From assembly GCA_963775685.1 (NCBI GenBank), contig CAVZJV010000014.1:32001-96000 (forward strand): a stretch of DNA of 64,000 nucleotides. Reading direction: 5' to 3'. Within the stretch, counting starts at the first letter, position 1; every line of letters begins with the position of its first letter. Source of the stretch: Candidatus Bathyarchaeota archaeon (GTDB lineage Archaea; Thermoproteota; Bathyarchaeia; Bathyarchaeales; Bathycorpusculaceae). A program made the position numbers and the translations under genes. Shown piece by piece: positions 1-9,632 of the stretch. The notes under the pieces are model-generated. The model was given only the letters and a program-made list of their open reading frames with translations, was not told the DNA's origin and did no database searches.

Positions 1-127
1 CTGACGTGAACGCCATCGAAGTTGCGATGCTTGTAAATATGTTGGTTTCGTACGCTTTTATGGGAAAGAAGACATACGACAATGCTAAGATTACACAAAG
101 TGCTACAATGATATTTCTGCATTTCAT
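1..127 (-). CDS. Partial secreted/membrane protein (runs off the left edge)
   Basis: ATG at 127, MKCRNIIVALCVILALSYVFFPIKA signal-like N-terminus, open to position 1; TATA-like TTAAGTA upstream. Confidence 0.6.
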   Translation of the reverse strand, partial: MKCRNIIVALCVILALSYVFFPIKAYETNIFTSIATSMAFTS

Positions 128-199
128 TGTTGTTACCTCTTGCTTTTGACACAATACACTGATGTGGGGCGGTACTTAATGCGATGTTTTAGAACGAAC

Positions 200-217
200 T
201 GTTCTTTTTTTAGAACA
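200..217. promoter_or_regulatory. Palindromic operator TGTTCT-N6-AGAACA
   Basis: Perfect palindrome; related copies at 618-635 and 5981-5998, half-sites at 2894, 4582 and 6002. Confidence 0.6.
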
Positions 218-241
218 TGCTTTACTAGAGGAAGTCATTAT

Positions 242-574
242 CTACCGATTAATTTCCTTCTTGAGGCTTCTTTCTGAAAATAACAAAAGAGCAGCAACTA
301 TCGCAACTACTATAGCGGCAACAGCAAAAAGAATTGAAACTATATTGCCACTTAATGGGGTAGTTTGCGCCACTGGGGGTGATGTCGGCAAGGGCGTCAT
401 TGTAGAATTAGGATTTGAGGTAGGTTGAGGGTTTGGGGGACCTTGCGAAGCATCTTGGGGCAAAAAACTTACCGATCCTGCAAGCAATAAGGCTAATGCG
501 ATTGCAAGAATGGGCGCGAACAGCATTTTCTTTCGGAGCAGGCTCATAATTTCAACCTTACCTACGATACTCAT
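242..574 (-). CDS. Small membrane protein with Pro/Thr linker and C-terminal TM
   Basis: N-terminal hydrophobic segment, P/T-rich spacer, C-terminal TM with basic tail. Confidence 0.7.
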   Translation of the reverse strand: MSIVGKVEIMSLLRKKMLFAPILAIALALLLAGSVSFLPQDASQGPPNPQPTSNPNSTMTPLPTSPPVAQTTPLSGNIVSILFAVAAIVVAIVAALLLFSERSLKKEINR

Positions 575-617
575 GAAAACACGCAGTCGGTTATTTAATG
601 CTATATTTTATTGAAGG

Positions 618-635
618 TGTTCTAATTTTCGAACA
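618..635. promoter_or_regulatory. Operator copy TGTTCT-AATTTT-CGAACA in divergent promoter
   Basis: Between divergent genes 574(-) and 706(+). Confidence 0.55.
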
Positions 636-705
636 GGCTACATGAGTAACTGTTGAGGGTAGCTCTTAAATTATTGTTGCGCTTTGTTTTGGCATGTGAA
701 AGAGT

Positions 706-1128
706 TTGGTTGACGATGACCCCAAAGAAGTGCTAAGAGGAACTACTCTTGAAGTTTACCGTTTTCTGTTAAAAAGCAACAAGCCTATTGGAACAAGGGA
801 ACTTCAAAGAGCTCTAAACCTTAGCAGTTCCTCGGTAGCCACGTACCATCTATCTAAACTTGAAGATGCCGGGCTTCTAAGAAAGGAGCCTGGCGGTTTC
901 ACCGTTAGCAAATTCCTTTTGGAAAACAGCATCAAAATAAATCGTTTTCTAGTTCCAAGATACTTTTTTTATGCGATATTTGCCATAGCAATTCTCATAA
1001 TAGAATTGACAATTATGAAGCCGGCTGTTCTTTATCGTGAATACGTTTTTTCGTTGGTTGCAACCGTTATACTCACCTTTTTCTTTTGTTACGAAACACT
1101 AAAAACTTGGCGACGGGGCAATTTGTAA
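706..1128 (+). CDS. Membrane-tethered winged-helix (ArsR-like) transcription regulator
   Basis: wHTH motif GTRELQRALNLSSSSVATYHLSKLEDAGLL followed by two TM helices. Confidence 0.8.
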   Translation: MVDDDPKEVLRGTTLEVYRFLLKSNKPIGTRELQRALNLSSSSVATYHLSKLEDAGLLRKEPGGFTVSKFLLENSIKINRFLVPRYFFYAIFAIAILIIELTIMKPAVLYREYVFSLVATVILTFFFCYETLKTWRRGNL

Positions 1129-1162
1129 TAGATATCAGGTCACAGGCAAATATTACTAAACC

Positions 1163-2818
1163 CTACCTTCTATTTATCACTGAAGATCGCCGTCTCCTTT
1201 TTGCTCTAATGACAATGATAGTTACTGCGGCTATGATTGCGGCTGCAACTAATAGTCCGATTATAAGTGGAGTTGAAAAGGAAGTGGCTGACTGGTTCCA
1301 ATAGTATATTTGGCTGTATTTTTCAGTGATGTTATAGGCTGGGTCGTCATAGACTATGTCTAGTTTTGAGCCGTATTGCGCCAGTTTGTTTTGGAGCTGG
1401 TTCCAGATTTGCTGTGACGTATCATTTGGTTTCCACAATCCCCAAATCGTGTCGTTTGTATGCCTCATGCCCCATCCATAGTCTTGGGGTAAAACCAATG
1501 CTGCTTCACCTGTAATTCCGCCATGGACAACCTTGGGGTTTTGCACTACATCGTTCCAGAAGCGCTGGAGAGCTTGGAAATGCTCAGTCTGTAATGTTCC
1601 ATAGGGATCAGTCATGTTTTCAGCGTAATTAAAAACCACAACATACTGAGCGCCACACTCATAAGACAAGTGCATTTGATCATACATTTCATCTCCGCTG
1701 GGTAAATAGGGCGGCTGATTGTATTTCCAATCTATGATAGTGCCCCAATTTTTACCCTGCAAATTCGCCGATCCTCTTACAAGACCGATTTCTTGGGCAA
1801 CAGTATTATTCCAGCCTAATTCAGCAAAGACTGTATCATAGCCAATTTGGTAGTCCCACCAATAAAGAACATAGTCAGAAGTGAAAAGCTTAACGTCATC
1901 TCGATTAGCTATCCAATCTGTTGTCGCTTGCTGGTTTTTTAAATAAGACGCGGCTACTGCGGATAAATCATCCATTGTTTGGAATGGACGTGAATCCCAA
2001 AGTTGTCGGTAGGGTTCAAACTGGGAAATATTACCCATATCCGTCACCGCTACAAAAAAGGGTTTATTTAACAATTGGTTGAGAACAGTTCCAGTTGTTC
2101 TCCAAGAGTCATTATTTGCGTTCGGAGAGCTTGTTTGTTTGAGCACGGTTCCATTTGTCAAGTAAATCACATATTCATTGTTTTTTGCAAGAGCGATGGT
2201 TCCATTCGGAAAATAGTTAATCATCGTGTAATTGCCTGCCGCCAAGTCAGCATACTGTACATTAATCTGTCCTGAAAAGTCAGGACTATAAAGGAATGAT
2301 TTACTCGTCATGATTGAGCCAGAGGTTTGGCTGACGGTGAGGTCATGGCTGCTTACCGACACATTGCCTATATTGGGTACGTTATCCAAGCGCATGATTC
2401 CATCGAATGCTTTTCCGCTAGCTTCATCTCCATAGTATATTCCCAAGAAGTGGTTGCCCCATCGTTCCTGCGCTGTATCGATAAAGGCAGCGGTTTTATC
2501 CCTATTTGTCTCGTATGAACCGAAATAAACGATGATATCTAACCCTGATTTAACAGCATAATCGCAAGTTTTAACCAATTCGTCGATATTACCCTGTAGG
2601 GGACCTGAAGCTACAACAAACAGGTTAGTATAATCTTTAACTTTATCAATCAGTATTTTCGCATCGGCGGCGTTGTCCCCGCCGAACGTTACGCCAACAT
2701 GAAACGGCTGGCTATCTTGTGCGTTTGCATTACCTACGCTGTTAACTGCAAAAATATTTACTATAAAAATGGCTATTAAAAGCACTGCAAACGCCGAAAA
2801 TAGTTTTGCTCTTTTCAT
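1163..2818 (-). CDS. Secreted, C-terminally anchored protein, possible glycoside-hydrolase-like TIM barrel
   Basis: Signal peptide, GIYYGDE and FAELGWN acidic motifs, C-terminal TM plus RRRR; fold is inference. Confidence 0.65.
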   Translation of the reverse strand: MKRAKLFSAFAVLLIAIFIVNIFAVNSVGNANAQDSQPFHVGVTFGGDNAADAKILIDKVKDYTNLFVVASGPLQGNIDELVKTCDYAVKSGLDIIVYFGSYETNRDKTAAFIDTAQERWGNHFLGIYYGDEASGKAFDGIMRLDNVPNIGNVSVSSHDLTVSQTSGSIMTSKSFLYSPDFSGQINVQYADLAAGNYTMINYFPNGTIALAKNNEYVIYLTNGTVLKQTSSPNANNDSWRTTGTVLNQLLNKPFFVAVTDMGNISQFEPYRQLWDSRPFQTMDDLSAVAASYLKNQQATTDWIANRDDVKLFTSDYVLYWWDYQIGYDTVFAELGWNNTVAQEIGLVRGSANLQGKNWGTIIDWKYNQPPYLPSGDEMYDQMHLSYECGAQYVVVFNYAENMTDPYGTLQTEHFQALQRFWNDVVQNPKVVHGGITGEAALVLPQDYGWGMRHTNDTIWGLWKPNDTSQQIWNQLQNKLAQYGSKLDIVYDDPAYNITEKYSQIYYWNQSATSFSTPLIIGLLVAAAIIAAVTIIVIRAKRRRRSSVINRR

Positions 2819-2907
2819 TCAACAGCTCTCCTTTAGCTTCTAATTACCGGTAAATACAGCATTAGGCTTCTTATTTTTATCCCTAATTCGAAGTGTTCTA
2901 ATCTTTA

Positions 2908-3882
2908 GTGCAGTCTTGGTTAAGAAACCTTGACGAATGCACTTATATCTTTAATGAGTGCCTAACAAATTGTAGAGATGATGATGTGAACAAGCATTGG
3001 GTTCTGCCAATCAGCCTTGCCTTTCTTTTGTCCATGGTTGCCACTATTCCAGTTATCAATGCACAATCAGTTGGCAATATAGTGATCAACTCCGACGGCG
3101 CCTTCACAGGGACAGATGCCATTAACCGCAAGGGTAACACCTACACTTTAACGGCAAACATTTCAGGCAACATACAAATTCAGAGGAGCAACATAATAGT
3201 AGACGGCGCAGGGTATTCGCTTAACCAAGGTGGAATAGACCTAACAAACGGAATAGGGCAAGACCCAACACGTTCTACCATTATCAATGTAACAATCGAA
3301 AACTTGTATGTCGAAAGCGGCAGCATAGGCACTAATGGGGGTGGAAATTACACTTTCTACGATGACTACATACCTTCTATCCAGTTTTTAGGAGACTGTA
3401 TTAACAATAACATAACTTTCTGCACCGTTGAAGCAGTATCATTTGATTACGGAGGAAACGCAACATTAACTGAAAATAACCTCGGTAGCGTCTTAGTATG
3501 GTTAAGCTTTGGCGGAGTTGCTGACAGAAACTATTGGAGTGATTATTTAACAAAATATTCTAATGCTACAGAAATAGACAGCACGGGAATAGGTAACACG
3601 CCCTATGTATATTCTATAGTAGAAACACAGACGCCCTTAATCTATAAGGACAATCATCCGTTAATGAAGCCAGTTGCAATTCCGTTGATGGGTTCAAATA
3701 CTTTAAGCCCATTAACCCCAACACCTACTATAACACAGCTTCCTACAGTTAATACTGGTGCAGAAACACCACAGACAGAGTCTATAATTATTGTCGCTAT
3801 TACCTTTGTAATCGCATTAGCGGTGGCTGCTGGTTTGTTTTACTATTTCAGGAAACAGAAGCATGGAGCTGTACAAGGATGA
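2908..3882 (+). CDS. Right-handed beta-helix (NosD/pectin-lyase-like) membrane-anchored protein; true start probably ~2986
   Basis: YTLTANISGNIQIQRSNIIVDGAGYSL, NYWSDY...GIGNTPY...DNHPLM motifs, C-terminal TM. Confidence 0.75.
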   Translation: MQSWLRNLDECTYIFNECLTNCRDDDVNKHWVLPISLAFLLSMVATIPVINAQSVGNIVINSDGAFTGTDAINRKGNTYTLTANISGNIQIQRSNIIVDGAGYSLNQGGIDLTNGIGQDPTRSTIINVTIENLYVESGSIGTNGGGNYTFYDDYIPSIQFLGDCINNNITFCTVEAVSFDYGGNATLTENNLGSVLVWLSFGGVADRNYWSDYLTKYSNATEIDSTGIGNTPYVYSIVETQTPLIYKDNHPLMKPVAIPLMGSNTLSPLTPTPTITQLPTVNTGAETPQTESIIIVAITFVIALAVAAGLFYYFRKQKHGAVQG

Positions 3883-4559
3883 AAAGAACAAAATTGGCGG
3901 TAATAGTCATTTTAGCGCTAGTAATTTCAGTGCCAGCGCTTCTACAAGTTAATTTGGTAAGAGCGCATTATTATCCACCGCCCTCCATTGAAATCTTTTC
4001 GCCAATCCCTGCTCCCGACGTTCATTCAACTGCATCTGTTCCACTTCAGGTTCGTGTTAACGTCTTAACAGACGACGCTGCCATTACTTTCATCCGTTAT
4101 AGTCTGGATGGAGGAGCCAACGTTACACTTACCGATTTAACAAGAGAAGACGGGCTTTATTATTGGACTACTACAAAAGGCGTTTTTGCACATGGCAATG
4201 CTTTCAGTACACAAGCCTCTTTGGACAACGTAGACGAAGGCAATCATACGCTTATCGTGTACTCGCACGCTGCTGATGGTAAAGAAATGTCGCGAACACG
4301 AGAGTTTAAAGTGGACTACAACTATGTGCCGCCTCAACTACCACCTTTAACATTGCCCAATGGCACATCAATGCAACCAGCGACTTCATCAGCCCAAACT
4401 GAAACACCCATAACAACAAACGCAGATAGTTTCCAACCCTTCGAAGACCCTGCATTATTCATAATTATAGCTTGCATTTCGGTATCGCTGTTAGCAGGAA
4501 TACTGTTCTTCAGAAAAAAACCTAAAGGTTTTATGAAATTGAAGGACAAAGAAAATTGA
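3879..4559 (+). CDS. Ig-like domain surface protein with C-terminal TM
   Basis: Signal peptide, PSIEIFSP...YSLDGGANVTL...EGNHTLIVY, TM plus RKK. Confidence 0.75.
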   Translation: MKRTKLAVIVILALVISVPALLQVNLVRAHYYPPPSIEIFSPIPAPDVHSTASVPLQVRVNVLTDDAAITFIRYSLDGGANVTLTDLTREDGLYYWTTTKGVFAHGNAFSTQASLDNVDEGNHTLIVYSHAADGKEMSRTREFKVDYNYVPPQLPPLTLPNGTSMQPATSSAQTETPITTNADSFQPFEDPALFIIIACISVSLLAGILFFRKKPKGFMKLKDKEN

Positions 4560-4643
4560 GTGTACCAAAACGTTGGTCGCTTGTTCTAAACTGTAGCATT
4601 AAATATCACTTTAAAGCTTAGATAGACTGGGAATGCCACCTAA

Positions 4644-5177
4644 ATGAAAATAACTCGAAAGCATACGCTATTACTAGTTGTTATTCTTTTAATTGCCCTT
4701 TTCTTAGTCTTAACCGTTTTTTTGGCGAGTAATCAACCAGTGGCCTCTTCTCCCCAATCAGAAGGTAGTGTCTATCTTCATTTTCCAAGTGATTACCAAG
4801 GAGGCGAAGAAACCAAGGCTTACTTGATTGACTCACAACTTTATTATGGAAATTACAACCAAAGCTTCACCCGCTCAGGCGCCACAGGCTCTTATTCTAT
4901 TAACAATGGCGATGCGTGCGTTATCATAAATGGAACAATTAGAAATGACTACTCCAAAGATTACTATTTCAGCATAACAGCAAATGTTTACAATTCTACA
5001 AACCAAAAAATCGGACCAATTCTTACCGCAAACTCGCCACAGCCAGGTTTCACCATTACTAAAGTGAGCAACAGTTCAATAGGAACATTTGAAATACAAA
5101 TACCATACGACAGAAAAGACATCGCAAACTACGACCTTCTTCTCGCATTCGAACCAACCGAAACCCCACCCCCTTAG
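4644..5177 (+). CDS. Hypothetical N-anchored extracellular protein
   Basis: N-terminal TM, beta-rich domain (IINGTIRNDY...ITANVYN). Confidence 0.7.
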   Translation: MKITRKHTLLLVVILLIALFLVLTVFLASNQPVASSPQSEGSVYLHFPSDYQGGEETKAYLIDSQLYYGNYNQSFTRSGATGSYSINNGDACVIINGTIRNDYSKDYYFSITANVYNSTNQKIGPILTANSPQPGFTITKVSNSSIGTFEIQIPYDRKDIANYDLLLAFEPTETPPP

Positions 5178-5298
5178 GAGATTTGACTTGAAAAGCCCAA
5201 GCGTCCAACCAAATAATGCAACTGTTAACGCGATTCCTATAGCGCTAGCAATAGTTACGGTTGCTGGTTTGTTGGCGTACTCCAAAAAACATAAGCCG

Positions 5299-5934
5299 AT
5301 GAAGTTAAGTGAGCTGAGTAAAGGTTTGGCTTTAGCTTTTGTTCTAACATTGGTTGTGTCAAGCCTAATGATGGTTGAATCTGCAGTCGCTCAGACACCT
5401 ACACCTGTTGCAACTTTGACACAGTCAGAACCAACTGTTTCTTTTGCTCTTTGGCATACAAATTCATCTGTTATTCAGCCACCAGCAGATGAACTTGAAC
5501 ATATTCCTCCAATCTGTGAAATAGTGTTTCCTGAAAATCAAACTGTGTTGCAAGCAAGCAACTTTACATTAACAGTAGATGTGGCTTCGTATTTTTGGAC
5601 GATTGATAGTGTTTATTACCAAGCGGATTGGCAAGACGGTATTCACCAGCTTTTTGGTATTCAGACTAATTATGTAAACTCATTAAACGCCTCAATTGTC
5701 GCAACGTTTCAACAGATTCCTTTCGGTAATCATACATTGACCGTTTATGCTAATACCCATGATAACTCCCATAGCAATGCCACAGTTACATTTTCAACCG
5801 AAAGGTTCACAGAAAAACCTCAGCCTTCTTCGTCTTTTTCCGTCGTAGCTGTTGTTGCTGTCATCTTAGTAGTTTTCGGAATAAGTGTAGGTTTTATGCT
5901 TTATAGAAGGCATCGAAAAACCGCTAACCCCTGA
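5299..5934 (+). CDS. Ig-like surface protein with C-terminal TM (ORF track start 5089 probably too long)
   Basis: Signal peptide from MKLSELSKGLAL; PPICEIVFPENQT...GNHTLTVYAN; TM plus RRHRK. Confidence 0.7.
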   Translation: MKLSELSKGLALAFVLTLVVSSLMMVESAVAQTPTPVATLTQSEPTVSFALWHTNSSVIQPPADELEHIPPICEIVFPENQTVLQASNFTLTVDVASYFWTIDSVYYQADWQDGIHQLFGIQTNYVNSLNASIVATFQQIPFGNHTLTVYANTHDNSHSNATVTFSTERFTEKPQPSSSFSVVAVVAVILVVFGISVGFMLYRRHRKTANP

Positions 5935-5980
5935 ATTAAGGCCTTTTCTCAATCAAATTTATAATCACCCAATCGCTTGC

Positions 5981-5998
5981 TGTTCTTTTAGCGGAACA
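5981..5998. promoter_or_regulatory. Operator copy TGTTCT-TTTAGC-GGAACA
   Basis: Same half-sites and 6-nt spacer, upstream of ORF 6094. Confidence 0.5.
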
Positions 5999-6093
5999 GA
6001 TTGTTCTCTAAGGAGAGCTAAAAGTAACTCTAGCATACTCTATTTTGAGCAGAAATAAAGAAAGCTCTGTAACTAAGGGGAAATGATGACTAA

Positions 6094-6546
6094 ATGAAAA
6101 CCAAAGTAAAAGTTTTAGCTATAATAATTTCAGCAATAGTCATAGCAACCATTGGATTTACTGTTGAATTTAGTGTTATACCAACCGAAACACAGTCTAT
6201 TTCTTCACTAATAACAACGCCAACGAAACCTATAACAAATAATGTGACAGTCTCAGGTTTAATTATTAGCCACGGCTTAACTGTCCCACCTACCGAAGTG
6301 CAATTCATAAACACAGAAACCCATGAGGTTTACAAAGCGCCAATAAGTCAGCCACAATATTCCTATGCTATATCTCTTCCAGTTAATCAAACGTATGGTA
6401 TAGAAGGCGACTGGAACGGCAGGACATTTAACGCTACTGGAATACCGATGGGTGCCATAACAATGAGATGTGACAATGGTTTACCAATTCTAAATCTATA
6501 CAACGCCAACAGCACAATGATACAAAATCTTGTCGTTGGGCAATAA
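6094..6546 (+). CDS. Hypothetical N-anchored protein
   Basis: N-terminal TM, 150-aa ORF. Confidence 0.6.
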   Translation: MKTKVKVLAIIISAIVIATIGFTVEFSVIPTETQSISSLITTPTKPITNNVTVSGLIISHGLTVPPTEVQFINTETHEVYKAPISQPQYSYAISLPVNQTYGIEGDWNGRTFNATGIPMGAITMRCDNGLPILNLYNANSTMIQNLVVGQ

Positions 6547-6881
6547 GAGTAAGTAAACCTTTTCCCACGGCTAGAATACACTTTCATTTTAAGGCATGCT
6601 GTTTAGTGGTCCCTTTGCCTGCGACTGGTGAAAAGCATATTTCTCTAATTATGGACGCAGTTGCGGAAAAAGCTCTCATCAGTCTCCAGCTTAATATCCC
6701 CTGTCTTGAGCTTCAGCGTTGACTATATGTTAATTCTTATAAAGTGGCTTGGTGATAGGCCTATTTTGTGTAGGCCGCTCTGTGGAAAGCGGTAAGTTTC
6801 AATCTCTTCCCGGGGCTGCGGGCTTGCTAGTTTACTTCAAGAAACGCAAATACTACAGTCAATAGCAAAGAAACAAAACAG

Positions 6882-7102
6882 AACCCTTGGCATTCACCCG
6901 CTTATCCGCACGGATTCTACAGAGTATAACATGCGGCTGGCAGGAATGCTTTCTCCAAAGGAATGCGTCTCAAGTACAGTCGAGGCCTAATTAAAGATGA
7001 CAAAGTAATCTCAGGAGTGGACAAGAAAGAAGTATTCACCGCTTTATAATTGACCTGCCCTTTGCCACATGATCGCGAGATATTAGAAACAAACCTCTTT
7101 GG
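6882..7102 (+). pseudogene. Decayed family X DNA polymerase (thumb) fragment
   Basis: Translates LGIHPLIRTDSTEYNMRLAG/FSKGMRLKYSRGLIKD...EVFTAL*LTCPLPHDRE, matching the intact PolX at 22621-23205 with a frameshift and a stop. Confidence 0.8.
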
Positions 7103-7134
7103 CAAAAATAGAACCCAAGCGACAACTGATTTGG

Positions 7135-7555
7135 TTAACGGTATTGTTTGGTCTTCTTGTATTCATCGTATTTGTAGAGGGTTTCGGATATTTGGCTGCG
7201 TATAAATTGCTCTGGACTGCGGAAAGGTGAACCCATTTCTTTTAGGGCTTCATCGAGCTCATCATACTGCTCACGAGAAACTTCTAGGAATTCGTTATCG
7301 TTTTTCAATCGTTCTAGTCGGTAGCGTATGGCATCACGGACAAAGTCCTCTTTGTTGGTGAAGCCTATGTCTTTGTTTTCTTCAATGAAGTTTTCCACTT
7401 TGGCAATGACTTCAGACGGAAGAATAACCGACTGCTGCTAGGAGAGCGTTTATAGCGTCTTGGTAAGTTTGCATTTTGTTAGTCTCAGCGGTGAGCTCGC
7501 CTAGGAGACCGGTTAGTTTGCTATGGATGTCGTCTGAGATTTTTATTGCTTTCAT
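7135..7555 (-). pseudogene. Frameshifted RHH/CopG-like regulator (paralogue of 23695-24045)
   Basis: MKAIKISDDIHSKLTGLLGELTAE..MQTYQDAINALL from 7555, one-base shift ~7435, then SVILPSEVIAKVENFIEENKDIGFTNKEDFVRDAIR. Confidence 0.75.
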
Positions 7556-7660
7556 GCCGTATTTCTCCTGTGAACAGAAGTATGATTAGTAGGATTAGAT
7601 TTATAAGGTTTCTCATAGTAACGGAGTTAACTAAGTTAACCATAAGGGGAATTGTGAGAA

Positions 7661-7873
7661 ATGAAAGCAAAAGTCGCCTTCACTATCGATCAAGAGGTTC
7701 TAAAAGAAATAGACGCCTTAAGGGACCTAGCAACGCGAAGCGCTTTCGCCAATGAAATCCTCAAACAAGGACTCAAAGCATACAAGGCAACTCATAAGCG
7801 ACCTAAGGCGCCATTTCCAGCCGTGACCTTTGATACGGCTGAGGAAACAGCGTTAGCGAGGGAGAGACCATGA
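7661..7873 (+). CDS. Ribbon-helix-helix DNA-binding protein
   Basis: KVAFTIDQEVLKEIDALRDLATRSAFANEILKQGL RHH pattern. Confidence 0.75.
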   Translation: MKAKVAFTIDQEVLKEIDALRDLATRSAFANEILKQGLKAYKATHKRPKAPFPAVTFDTAEETALARERP

Positions 7874-8109
7874 CGGAGCGACATAAGGTTTGCCCCTTAG
7901 CCGCAGCCCATCCTCAACAGGAAAACAGCGATTGCCTAGGCGAAGCGTGCGCATGTCACGTAAAAATGCAAAAGCCCCGCTTAATGCAGACAGGCAATAC
8001 CAGCATTGTTGATCCAGAGAGTTTCTATCGCTATGTCGGATGCGGACTGGTAGCACACATTCCTTGGGAACTTGTCAACTTCGAAAAGATTCCAGAACTA
8101 AACAAGTAA
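7870..8109 (+). CDS. Small Cys-rich protein of integrative element
   Basis: ATGA overlap with RHH gene; CPL...C..EAC.C...CGL. Confidence 0.65.
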   Translation: MTERHKVCPLAAAHPQQENSDCLGEACACHVKMQKPRLMQTGNTSIVDPESFYRYVGCGLVAHIPWELVNFEKIPELNK

Positions 8110-8153
8110 ACTAACCAATCACAAGAAACTGAAATAACAAAGGGTGGGAGGGA

Positions 8154-9423
8154 ATGGTTGGATATTCAGGCGGGGTTAAGTCTTCTGACGTTTTTGGCAC
8201 CTTCTCCAGCATGCCCGCTTGTGGATCCACGCTTCAAGAAAGCATCCCCCTAAACCCACCTTGCCCTCAATGTAACTCAAAACGGCTATGGCGAGACTCC
8301 AAACGTTACACAGCCGCAGGAGACGAAATACAAAGATGGCTCTGCCGAGACTGTGGCTTACGTTTTAGCGATCCAATGGACCTCAAAAACTCATGGACCA
8401 ATAAGGAAAGGGCGCATCGGACCAATCAACCCAATGAATTAAAAACGGCACAGGGAATACTATATCTCAAGCCAAATATGCGCAATCGAGACGAAAAATT
8501 TGGATGCAGAACAACAGACCACTGGAGTTCTGCGGAGCAACAATCAAGCAGACATCAAAGGCAAAATCATTGAACACGCTTTCTGGATGCAAAAAGAAGG
8601 ATACGCCGAAGCAACAATCTCACGCCGCATACGGTTCCTAAAAACAATGATGAACAAAGGAGCCAACCTAGCAGACCCCGAATCACTCAAAGAAATGATA
8701 GCCAGACAACAAAACTGGCAAGTCAAAACAAAAGACATCGCCGTCGAAACATACAGCCTCTTCCTAAAAATGCAAGGCTTAACCTGGAACCCACCAAAAT
8801 TCAAAAGCGTCAAAAAACTGCCATTTATCCCAACAGAGCAAGAAATCAACAGCCTAATCGCCGGCAGCAACAGAAAAACCGCAACCTTCCTACAGCTACT
8901 CAAAGAAACAGGAATGCGATGCGGAGAAGCCTTCATGCTCAAATGGACCGACTTCAACTTCGAAAACAGAACCGTCGACATAACCCCCGAAAAAGGCAGC
9001 GAACCAAGACAACTACCAATCTCAAATCAGCTAATAGCAATGCTAAACAGCCTACCAAGAGACCACGAACAACCCTACGGATGCAGCGAAAGACATTTCG
9101 CAAGAGCCTTCCGCCTACAAAGAAGCAGAATAGCATTCAACCTCAAAAACGACCGCTTAAAAAAAATCCACTTCCACACCCTACGCCACTGGAAAGCCAC
9201 CACTGAATACGCCAAAACCAAAGACATCTTACACGTCATGAAAATACTCGGCCACAGAAACATCCAAAACACCTTACTCTACACACAGCTCATAACTTTC
9301 AAAAACGACGAATTCCACACCGCAACCGCCAAAACCGTAGAAGACGCACAAAAACTCGTTGAAGCAGGATTTGAATACGTATGCGACTTTGGAGAAGTAA
9401 AACTATTCAGGAAGCGAAAGTAA
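8154..9423 (+). CDS. Zn-ribbon-tyrosine integrase, split by a +1 frameshift at ~8443-8470 (ORFs 8154-8573 and 8500-9423)
   Basis: CPQC...WLCRDCGLRFSDP; alternative frame QICAIETKNLDAEQQ matches the intact paralogue; TGMRCGE, HTLRH, LGH, Y catalytic motifs. Confidence 0.9.
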
Positions 9424-9473
9424 AATGACTAAAAAATCGAACAAAATCATCGCCAATGGGGCCACTGGAAATG

Positions 9474-9552
9474 TGGTGAGGCCGCTGGGATTTGAACCCA
9501 GGATCGCATACGCCCCAGGCATGTATCCTGAACCATGCTAGACGACGGCCCC
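9474..9552 (-). tRNA. tRNA-Pro(GGG), CCA encoded
   Basis: GGGGCCG/CGGCCTC acceptor stem, CATGC-CTGGGGC-GTATG anticodon arm, GGTTCAAATCC T-loop. Confidence 0.95.
9533..9550. repeat. att-like 18-bp direct repeat (tRNA 5' region), partner at 44467-44484
   Basis: CCATGCTAGACGACGGCC identical at both sites. Confidence 0.85.
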
Positions 9553-9632
9553 ATGTCCATGCTTTTTCGCTAGATGACGGTCCTACTATCTTCGTGGAGA
9601 TGCTGCGACCGCATTGAATTATTGCCCGTTGT

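Larger units (their letters stand above)
7135..9473. mobile_element. Minimal integrative element ending at the tRNA-Pro 3' end (left boundary not located)
   Basis: Divergent RHH pair, small ORF, integrase ending 50 nt from the tRNA CCA. Confidence 0.6.

Noticed and set aside
5178-5298. N-terminal extension of ORF 5089
   Set aside because: Looks like an orphan TM-anchor remnant (…GLLAYSKKHKP) rather than part of the next protein
8544-9272. Several antisense/alternate-frame ORFs over the integrase
   Set aside because: By-products of the A/C codon bias; no motifs
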